The notes beneath the pieces are model-generated. The model worked only from the letters and a program-made list of their open reading frames with translations. It was not told where the DNA came from and did not search any database. Source: a bacterium (GTDB lineage: Bacteria > RBG-13-61-14 > DATKZS01). From it: a stretch of 13,171 nucleotides of DNA. Positions 1-6,916 of this stretch are shown one piece after another. The translations under genes were made by a program, and so were the position numbers. The first letter of the stretch is position 1. Every line of letters starts with the position of its first letter. The stretch lies in assembly GCA_046484135.1 (NCBI GenBank), contig JAWOBU010000216.1, forward strand, positions 1-13,171, written 5' to 3'.

Positions 1-256
1 GTGCAAAGAGAAAAACATACAGCACAAAAACGGAGAGCACCGCCCATATATTCAAGGAGGGGGACGCACCCCAGACAATCGAGCGGACGTTGAAAAAGCG
101 GTCATAAGCGTCAGAGCTTTTATAGTGCATGAGGACCACGGCCAAAGCCACGACCAACACGAACACCAGGACCCAGGAAAAGCCGAACCGGGGCCGCTGG
201 TCCGGTTCGGGCCGGGAAACTTCCGTATTTTCGTTGGATTTTTTCCTTCTAAACAT
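1..256 (-). CDS. Partial hypothetical membrane protein (N-terminal 85 aa, runs off window start)
   Basis: Not in the ORF track; translated by hand from ATG at 256: MFRRKKSNENTEVSRPEPDQRPRFGFSWVLVFVLVVALAVVLMHYKSSDAYDRFFNVRSIVWGASPSLNIWAVLSVFVLYVFLFA, no stop before position 1. Basic N-terminus and two hydrophobic segments; promoter-like motif just upstream. Confidence 0.75.
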   Translation of the reverse strand, partial: MFRRKKSNENTEVSRPEPDQRPRFGFSWVLVFVLVVALAVVLMHYKSSDAYDRFFNVRSIVWGASPSLNIWAVLSVFVLYVFLFA

Positions 257-288
257 TGAAACCGGCTTTGTTCGATCTTTGAGTAAGA

Positions 289-317
289 ATTATGTCCCAG
301 CCCGCGCACAGAGTCAA
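289..317 (-). promoter_or_regulatory. Putative sigma70 promoter for the partial membrane-protein gene
   Basis: Minus strand TTGACT (317-312), 17-nt spacer, CATAAT (294-289), in the 69-bp gap after the recO stop. Confidence 0.55.
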
Positions 318-325
318 TCAACGCC

Positions 326-1096
326 TTATGCAACGCCCGCCTTCAGGTTGCGCATGAACTCGAGGGAACGCAGTGGAGAGCCCAGTTGGTGGGCGGCAAA
401 CACGAACAGCAGTTGCTCGGCCTGGACGCGGCTGCGGCGGGTGAAATCGAAACGAGGCAGTCGGTCTTCCCGGGCCTCCAGCACAGTGTTTATGGTATGG
501 CGTGTGTCAACGGACACGGTCATGATGTCCTGTTCGGAGACGCCCTTCCTGCGACAGCCTCGGCATACCAGTCCTCCTTCGGCGGGACAGAAAGAAGCGG
601 CACGTTTTCCCGCCTCCCGGCCGCAGCCCACGCACCTTTTAAGCTCGGGAGCCTGGCCTGCGAGCGACAACAGCCGGAAGGAGTAGAGCAGGGGCCACCG
701 GTCGGAGTCGGGGTCTTTTTCGAGCAGGGACAAGCCGGTCTCGACCAGGCGATAGGGGCCGGGCGAGTATTGATACATGGGCACGGTAAGAAGCGCGGTT
801 TCGAGAATAACCGAGGCGCGGCCGAGCCTTAAAGGCCCGGACCGGAGTGCGGGAAAAGGCTCGATGATGCCGGCGTGCTCGATAAGAATGCGGTCCGCGG
901 TGCCGGTGGTCATGAAGCCTGCTTCCATGATTTGGGGAGGCTCGAACCCGCCCATGAAGCGGCGGGCGGACCGAAGCCCTCCCTTGGCCACCGCGGAGAG
1001 TCTTCCCCGGAGCGGCGAGAGAAAATCCACCCGGCAGTCCGACTCCCCGAGCGGCGCCCGGCCGGTAACTATCACTCTCGAGTTGAAGCGCGTCAT
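326..1096 (-). CDS. recO: DNA repair protein RecO
   Basis: N-terminal OB-fold pattern (GESDxxVxFLS..RGRLSAVAKGGLRSARRF), C4 zinc finger (CVGCG...FCPAEGGLVCRGC), 256 aa. Start overlaps the mgtE stop (TGATG). Confidence 0.93.
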   Translation of the reverse strand: MTRFNSRVIVTGRAPLGESDCRVDFLSPLRGRLSAVAKGGLRSARRFMGGFEPPQIMEAGFMTTGTADRILIEHAGIIEPFPALRSGPLRLGRASVILETALLTVPMYQYSPGPYRLVETGLSLLEKDPDSDRWPLLYSFRLLSLAGQAPELKRCVGCGREAGKRAASFCPAEGGLVCRGCRRKGVSEQDIMTVSVDTRHTINTVLEAREDRLPRFDFTRRSRVQAEQLLFVFAAHQLGSPLRSLEFMRNLKAGVA

Positions 1097-2445
1097 CAGG
1101 ATATGAGAAAGCTGGCCAGGGTGAGGTAGATCAGGATGCCGACTATATCGCAGGTCATGGAAATGATGGGCGCGGTGGCGATGGCGGGGTCTACCCCGAT
1201 CTTCTTGAAAAACATGGGAAGAAAGGCCCCCACCAGCGCGGAGAAGCTTATCACCGCGGCCATGGCAAGGCCGATGATAAGACTGTACTCGTAGGTGGAA
1301 GGTCTGATGTGGGCAAAGGCCGCAGTAAGAGCGCCGATGAGCGCGCCCAGAAAAAAGCCGATCCCCAGTTGGCTGAAAAAGAAGTGGGTCAGGCCGCCGT
1401 AATCTATCCGGCCGGTGGCGATACCGCGCACGATAATGGTCGCCGACTGGGTGCCCACGTTGCCTCCCATGGCCATTATGATGGGAATGAAAGCAGACAG
1501 GACCACCATGGCCTCGGACATGGTCTTGCCGAAGTGGCCCATGATAAGCGCCGCGGTAATGCCGCCGATCCAGGTGATAATAAGCCAGGGAAGCCGGGCC
1601 ACCACGCTCTTTCTCACCGACAGGTCCTCGAGCTCCTCCTCGCCCGCGCCCGCCATTAAAAGGAAGTCCTCGTCTACCTCGTCCTCCAACGCGCCCATCA
1701 CGTCGTCAACCCAGATCCGGCCCAGCAGGCGGTTCTGATCATCAACCACCGGGATGGAAATCAGGCTGTACTTCATGATGAGAGAGACGACCTCCTCCTG
1801 GTCCGTGTCCACCCGCACCGAGATGACCTCCGGGCTCATGAGCTCCGAAACCCGGCGGTCGCTGTCTGCAAGGATAAGGTCCTGAAGATCGAGCACCCCC
1901 TCCAGCCGCTTGTACTCGTCCACCACGAAAACAAAATGAAGCCGGTCAACCTCGTTCCGGTTCTTACGGATTTCGTCTATGACCTCGCCCACCGTCGCGT
2001 CCTTGACAACTGCTATCAGCTCCGTCTGCATAAGCCCGCCCGCGGTGTCGGGCTGGTACTCCATCAGGCGACGGAGCTCCTCCGAGTCGGAAGGCTCGAT
2101 CCGCGCCAGGATCATCCGTTGCTGACTGCTCGGAAGCTCGGCCAGAAGGTCGGCGGCGTCGTCCGTGTCCATCTCGGGAACAAAGTCGGCAATCCGCTCA
2201 TCAGGCAGGAACTCCAGCACATCGCCCATAACGTAGTCCTGGATTTCCGGAAGGACCTCTGCCGCGGTCTTGTCCGGCAAAAGGGAAAAGATGCGCTCGC
2301 GTCCTTCTTCGTCCACCTGCTCGACAAGGTCGGCTATGTCAGCGGGGTGGAGAAGACGCAAGAACCCGGCCAGCTCCGAGTCGCTTCCCTCCCGGACCAG
2401 GAGCTCGAGGTCGGTGGCTTCAATGTCCATTGGTCCTTCCATCAT
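1096..2445 (-). CDS. mgtE: Magnesium transporter MgtE
   Basis: LHPADIAD, MDTDDAADLL, TAGGLM, tandem CBS domains, RLPWL, AMGGNVGTQS, GVDPAIATAP and the TM5 Asp (MTCDIVG). The track start (TTG 2520) coincides with a -35 box, so the true start is probably ATG 2445, 2442 or 2430. Confidence 0.96.
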   Translation of the reverse strand: MMEGPMDIEATDLELLVREGSDSELAGFLRLLHPADIADLVEQVDEEGRERIFSLLPDKTAAEVLPEIQDYVMGDVLEFLPDERIADFVPEMDTDDAADLLAELPSSQQRMILARIEPSDSEELRRLMEYQPDTAGGLMQTELIAVVKDATVGEVIDEIRKNRNEVDRLHFVFVVDEYKRLEGVLDLQDLILADSDRRVSELMSPEVISVRVDTDQEEVVSLIMKYSLISIPVVDDQNRLLGRIWVDDVMGALEDEVDEDFLLMAGAGEEELEDLSVRKSVVARLPWLIITWIGGITAALIMGHFGKTMSEAMVVLSAFIPIIMAMGGNVGTQSATIIVRGIATGRIDYGGLTHFFFSQLGIGFFLGALIGALTAAFAHIRPSTYEYSLIIGLAMAAVISFSALVGAFLPMFFKKIGVDPAIATAPIISMTCDIVGILIYLTLASFLIS

Positions 2446-2484
2446 AAAAAAAACCCGTCCAAAAAAGTGGAGAGACAACGGGCT
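2446..2484 (-). promoter_or_regulatory. Terminator-like hairpin plus U-tract in the mgtE leader
   Basis: Minus strand AGCCCGT-TGTCTCTCCACTTTTTTGG-ACGGGTT followed by further Ts (run of 8) directly before ATG 2445. Confidence 0.35.
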
Positions 2485-2492
2485 AAACACTG

Positions 2493-2520
2493 ATTCTACA
2501 CCGGCAGGCGGGACAGTCAA
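2493..2520 (-). promoter_or_regulatory. Putative sigma70 promoter of mgtE-recO
   Basis: TTGACT (2520-2515), 16-nt spacer, TAGAAT (2498-2493). Confidence 0.6.
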
Positions 2521-2560
2521 CCAAGCTCATTGCGGTCAACAATCAAGCGGCCATGACCCC

Positions 2561-2589
2561 TTTACACAATGCCCGGCTTAAGGTACACT
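2561..2589 (+). promoter_or_regulatory. Putative sigma70 promoter of proA-nadD-rsfS (divergent from the mgtE promoter)
   Basis: TTTACA (2561-2566), 17-nt spacer, TACACT (2584-2589). A perfect 7-bp hairpin GCCTTGC-TGCG-GCAAGGC (2610-2627) lies in the predicted leader. Confidence 0.55.
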
Positions 2590-2653
2590 TAACCGGTAAG
2601 ATTTCAGGGGCCTTGCTGCGGCAAGGCTTATCCTCATGGGGAGAGTAAAGCGT

Positions 2654-3913
2654 ATGGGCGTTTATGAAGATATAGAGACCATGGCCAGAAAGGCGCGGGA
2701 GGACTCGCGGCTTTTGGCGAGCCAGGGATGTGATGTCAAGAACGCGGCCTTGCTTAACATCGCCGATCTTTTGCAGGAGAGAGAGTCGCATATACGTTCG
2801 GAGAACGAGAAGGACCTTGAAAAAGGCCGGGAGGCGGGGCTGGCCTCTGCCATGCTGGACCGGCTCGAGCTCACTCCTTCTCGGATCGAGGCCATGGCCG
2901 AGGGCCTCCGGGAGGTTGCGGCTCTGCCCGACCCAGTGGGCGAGGTCACCCGCATGTGGCGCCGTCCGAACGGTTTGTTGATCGGGAGGATGCGGATACC
3001 GCTGGGGGTGGTGGGCATTATTTACGAGTCGCGGCCGAACGTGACGGTTGACGCCGGGGGTCTTTGTTTGAAGTCCGGCAACGGCGTTATTTTGCGGGGC
3101 GGCTCCGAGGCCATCAACTCGAACCGGATACTGGGCGAGATAATGAAAGAAGGCGCGACCAAGGCGGGCGTGCCGGAGAACGCGGTACAGGTGGTGCCGG
3201 TGACGGACCGGGAGGCGGTGGACGCCCTGCTTTCGCAGGAGGAGTACATAGACCTTATCATCCCGCGGGGAGGAGAACAGCTTATCCGGACGGTGGCCGG
3301 GAAATCGCGGATTCCGGTGTTGAAGCATTACAAGGGAGTGTGCCACGTTTACGTTGACGCTGACGCGAACCCCAAGAAGGCGCGGGACATCGTGATGAAC
3401 GCCAAGACGCAGCGGACGGGCGTATGCAACGCCATGGAGACCCTACTGGTCCACGCGGGGATCGCCGAGGATTTTTTGGCCTCGGTGGTTCCGCTTCTTT
3501 CCAGGGCGGGGGTCGAGATACGTGGTTGCCCGGCAACGCGGGAGTACATACCCATGGCCAAGCCGGCCACTGAAGACGACTGGTCCGCCGAGTACCTGGA
3601 CCTTGTGCTTGCGGTCAAGATCGTGGACAATGTGGACTCGGCCATCGAACATATCCGCACTTACGGCTCGAACCATACCGAGTCGGTGGTAACGGAGAAC
3701 TACACGGTGGCGCAGCGCTTCCTGAGGGAGGTTGATTCGAGCTCGGTCATGGTCAACGCCAGCACCAGGTTCTCGGACGGTTTTCAATACGGTCTGGGTG
3801 CGGAGATCGGCATCAGCACCAGCAAGGTCCACGCTTACGGTCCCATGGGACTTGTCGAGCTTACGACCACCAAGTTCATCGTGTACGGCGACGGCCAGGT
3901 CCGGGAGTCGTAA
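2654..3913 (+). CDS. proA: Gamma-glutamyl phosphate reductase (glutamate-5-semialdehyde dehydrogenase)
   Basis: PLGVVGIIYESRPNVT, KSGNGVILRGGSEA, IIPRGG, VCNAMETLLVH (catalytic Cys), VNASTRFSDGFQYGLGAEIGISTSKVHAYGPMGL. ATG 2654 follows GGGAGAG and is preferred over 2636. Confidence 0.97.
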   Translation: MGVYEDIETMARKAREDSRLLASQGCDVKNAALLNIADLLQERESHIRSENEKDLEKGREAGLASAMLDRLELTPSRIEAMAEGLREVAALPDPVGEVTRMWRRPNGLLIGRMRIPLGVVGIIYESRPNVTVDAGGLCLKSGNGVILRGGSEAINSNRILGEIMKEGATKAGVPENAVQVVPVTDREAVDALLSQEEYIDLIIPRGGEQLIRTVAGKSRIPVLKHYKGVCHVYVDADANPKKARDIVMNAKTQRTGVCNAMETLLVHAGIAEDFLASVVPLLSRAGVEIRGCPATREYIPMAKPATEDDWSAEYLDLVLAVKIVDNVDSAIEHIRTYGSNHTESVVTENYTVAQRFLREVDSSSVMVNASTRFSDGFQYGLGAEIGISTSKVHAYGPMGLVELTTTKFIVYGDGQVRES

Positions 3914-3924
3914 GGGAGGAGTAA

Positions 3925-4566
3925 TTGAATATCGGCATTTTCGGAGGGACGTTTAATCCGATCCACCTGGGGCACTTGCGGACCGCGCTGGAGATACTCG
4001 AGCGGTACCGGATGAAACAGATACTTTTTGTTCCCTCTTCCATCCCTCCTCATAAAAGCAAGAGCGAGACTGCCTCGGCCATTCACCGCCTTAAAATGGT
4101 GAACCTGGCCATCACCGGCAACCCGAGCTTTGCGGTGTCGGAGACCGAAATCCACCGGCGGGGCAAGTCCTACTCGATTGACACCATCCGGGGGCTGAAG
4201 AAGGAGTATCCCGACGACAAGCTGGCTTTTATCATGGGGATGGACGCCTTCATGGAGATCAACACCTGGCACAAGTACCAGGAGCTTTTCAACGAGTGCG
4301 ACTTTATCGTGCACAGCCGGGGCGGCATGGCCAAGGTGGGATGGCAGCAGGCCATTCCTTCCGAGCTCAAGTCCCGGTTCAAAAAGAAGGGAAACTCGAA
4401 ACAGTTCACCCATTCCTCCGGCAGCACCCTTACCTTTTGCGAGGTCACCCCTCTGGGCATTTCCGCCTCAGCCATCCGGGAGATGGTCAGGGGAGGGCAC
4501 TCCATAAGGTACCTGCTTCCCCGCCGGGTCCTGGAGTACATTCATGAAAACAACCTGTATAAGTGA
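3925..4566 (+). CDS. nadD: Nicotinate-nucleotide adenylyltransferase
   Basis: GGTFNPIHLGH (HxGH), PPHK, SYSIDT, FIMGMD, WHKYQEL, ISASAIR, YIHENNLY. TTG start after GGAGGAG. Confidence 0.97.
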   Translation: MNIGIFGGTFNPIHLGHLRTALEILERYRMKQILFVPSSIPPHKSKSETASAIHRLKMVNLAITGNPSFAVSETEIHRRGKSYSIDTIRGLKKEYPDDKLAFIMGMDAFMEINTWHKYQELFNECDFIVHSRGGMAKVGWQQAIPSELKSRFKKKGNSKQFTHSSGSTLTFCEVTPLGISASAIREMVRGGHSIRYLLPRRVLEYIHENNLYK

Positions 4567-4582
4567 GGTTTAGCCCGACCCC

Positions 4583-4975
4583 ATGACTGAATCCCAACGC
4601 GGCAGGAAGTCCACTCCACCCGAACTCTCCAGCAGGGAAATGGCTTTGGCGGTTGCGGACGCAGCCAGGGACAGCAGCGCAATTGACGTTACAGTCATGG
4701 AGATGGGGGACCTCGTCAACTATACCGACTACTTCGTTATCGCATCCGGCAGAAGCACTCGGCAAGCCCAGGCAGTTTCCGACGCCGTTCTGCACACCAT
4801 CAGCAGTTACCGCTCCAAGCCGCTGGGAGTGGAAGGCGAACGGGAAGGCAACTGGATTCTCATTGACTGGGGCCAGGTGGTCATACACGTCTTTTACCAG
4901 CCGGTGCGCGAGTTCTACGAACTCGAGAAGCTCTACGCGGAAGCGGAAAGCATCTACCCGGAAGAGGAAGAGTGA
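4583..4975 (+). CDS. rsfS: Ribosome silencing factor RsfS (Iojap family)
   Basis: TDYFVIASGRSTRQAQAV, WILIDWGQVVIHVF, REFYELEKLY; canonical position after nadD. Confidence 0.95.
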   Translation: MTESQRGRKSTPPELSSREMALAVADAARDSSAIDVTVMEMGDLVNYTDYFVIASGRSTRQAQAVSDAVLHTISSYRSKPLGVEGEREGNWILIDWGQVVIHVFYQPVREFYELEKLYAEAESIYPEEEE

Positions 4976-5045
4976 AGAAATCAGGAATCCGCCTTAATCC
5001 TTGCAGGCAGAGGGTTGTCCTCATCCTTGCCGATTCCGTGTTTGC

Positions 5046-5074
5046 TTGACAGTTCCGGTCCTTCATTCTACTTT
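5046..5074 (+). promoter_or_regulatory. Putative sigma70 promoter of the peptidase-propeller gene pair
   Basis: Consensus TTGACA (5046-5051), 17-nt spacer, TACTTT (5069-5074). Confidence 0.6.
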
Positions 5075-5112
5075 TACTTTAAAATGTGCTCGGTTTGAAT
5101 AAAGGAATCGCA

Positions 5113-6882
5113 ATGACCATAAAGAAGATGTGCCGCCTTTTTATATCCGCCTGTTTTTTTCTGGTGCTGTTTCTTTTCCTGGCTGTTTATCAGTCGGACG
5201 GGCCCGTTGCCGCTGAAGAGACCGCCATCATGCCGCTGGAAGAGGTCGAGCCGGGCATGACGGGCTACGGCCTGTCGGTATGGCAGGGCACCGAGGTCGA
5301 GCGCTTCCGGGTCGAGGTGGTGGACGTAGTACCTAACTTCGCCAATGACAAGCCCGTGATCCTCATGACCTGCAAAGGCCGCGGCCTGGAAAAGACCCGT
5401 ATCATCGCCGGCATGAGCGGCAGTCCCATCTTTATCGAAGGCAAGCTCGTGGGGGCGCTGGCTTATAGCTGGGCGTTTGCGCGGGAGCCGATCGCGGGCA
5501 TTACTCCCATCGAGTACATGCTTAAGGTAAAGGACAGGGGAAAGCCGGCAGTTCCGGCAGAGGCGGCCGGCCTGGCGAGTTTACAGTCCGGCACGCCGGA
5601 GAAGAGCTCCCGCCGCGGCCGGGTGGTCCCCATTGCCACGCCGCTCATCACCTCCGGCTTCAGCCGCCGGGCCATAAGAGAGCTGGAAGAAGAGCTCGAG
5701 CCTTTCAACATGGTGCCGGTAGCCGGCGGTGGTCTCGGCACGGCAGAGCTGGACCCGGAAGCCGCGCGCAAGCTCGAGCCGGGCTCCGCCCTGGGAGCGG
5801 CGCTTATGCTGGGGGACCTTTCCATGGTGGGCACCGGGACCTTGAGCTACCGCCAAGGCGACCGGGTGCTGGGTTTCGGACACGCCTTCATGCAGGGAGG
5901 GGCGGTATCCGTTCCCCTGGTGGCTTCAAAGATTCATACCGTGATCAACTCCCAGGAGATATCCTTCAAGCTGTCGTCTCCCACGGCAGTGGTGGGGGAG
6001 ATGACCTATGATCACCAGGCGGCCATATCCGGCGAGCTCGGCAAAGAGCCCTCCATGACGCCTTTTGATATCAATATCGAAAACCCCGAAACCGGCTTCA
6101 AAAAAAGCTATAACATAAAGATGGCCAAAGTGCCGGCATTATTGCCGACTTTGGTCAAGATAGGACTGCGCGACATCATAAGGTCAGCAGTGCCGAGCCT
6201 CGATCCCACCACCGTCCGTGTCCGCTCCCGCATCCGGCTTAAGGACTACGGCGAGGCAGAGTTCGAGAACCTGTACGCGATAAGGCAGAGAAACTTCACC
6301 ATGGGCTACCTGGAGCCGGTGCTGTTCCTGGCCCGGAACCCCTTTGCCAGGGTCGAGATGGAAAAGGTACAGATGGACCTTACCGTGGACAACGACCTGG
6401 GAATAGCGGCCATCGAGTCCGTCCGCACCAGCACTGACGAGGTCAAACCCGGCAGCACGGTGGAGGTCACGGTTACGGTAAAACCGTATGACTCTCCTTC
6501 CAGGGACTTCCGTTTCCAGGTGTACGTGCCCGACCATCGTCGCTTGAAAGAGATGAACCTCATCGTGGCCGGCGGCAGCCGGGCTCCGCCGGACGCGGCC
6601 CATCCCCGGAGCGTGCCCGACATGATCCGGTTCATGAAAAAGGTGTATCCTGCCGACCGGCTGGTGGTGTTTTACAAGGTCCCCGGCGCAGGGTTGGACG
6701 TGCAAGGCCGGAGGCTCGACAACCTGCCTCCCAGCGCCGTATCCATGCTCCAGCCTCCCAACGCCAAGGCGGTGGCCATGTCGGGGGAAAAGATGTACTA
6801 CTCCCAAAAAGTTCCCTACGTGGTCATGGGCTCGCAAAGGATAAAGCTCAAGGTCGCGAGGGAAGACGAAAAGAAAAGGTAG
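5113..6882 (+). CDS. Secreted SpoIVB-like peptidase S55 domain protein
   Basis: Signal peptide/TM (CRLFISACFFLVLFLFLAV), MPLEEVEPGMTGYGLSV, IIAGMSGSPIFIEGKLVGALAY (serine motif), GTLSY...VLGFGH (His motif). ATG 5113 follows AAAGGA. Confidence 0.85.
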   Translation: MTIKKMCRLFISACFFLVLFLFLAVYQSDGPVAAEETAIMPLEEVEPGMTGYGLSVWQGTEVERFRVEVVDVVPNFANDKPVILMTCKGRGLEKTRIIAGMSGSPIFIEGKLVGALAYSWAFAREPIAGITPIEYMLKVKDRGKPAVPAEAAGLASLQSGTPEKSSRRGRVVPIATPLITSGFSRRAIRELEEELEPFNMVPVAGGGLGTAELDPEAARKLEPGSALGAALMLGDLSMVGTGTLSYRQGDRVLGFGHAFMQGGAVSVPLVASKIHTVINSQEISFKLSSPTAVVGEMTYDHQAAISGELGKEPSMTPFDINIENPETGFKKSYNIKMAKVPALLPTLVKIGLRDIIRSAVPSLDPTTVRVRSRIRLKDYGEAEFENLYAIRQRNFTMGYLEPVLFLARNPFARVEMEKVQMDLTVDNDLGIAAIESVRTSTDEVKPGSTVEVTVTVKPYDSPSRDFRFQVYVPDHRRLKEMNLIVAGGSRAPPDAAHPRSVPDMIRFMKKVYPADRLVVFYKVPGAGLDVQGRRLDNLPPSAVSMLQPPNAKAVAMSGEKMYYSQKVPYVVMGSQRIKLKVAREDEKKR

Positions 6883-6916
6883 AAAGCGGCTGCCACTCAA
6901 GGAGAGCTGATAAAAC

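Noticed and set aside
183..210. Inverted repeat CCGAACCGG...CCGGTTCGG
   Set aside because: Lies within the coding region of the partial membrane protein; no support for a regulatory role, and such repeats arise by chance in GC-rich DNA.
2446..2635. M-box (ykoK) riboswitch upstream of mgtE
   Set aside because: No recognisable M-box conserved sequence, and the space is occupied by two divergent promoters, leaving only a ~40-nt leader.
52..4888. Alternative-frame ORFs overlapping recO, mgtE, proA, nadD and rsfS (e.g. 129..686, 1936..2493, 2543..3346, 3835..4413, 52..333)
   Set aside because: They overlap confidently identified genes and lack family motifs.
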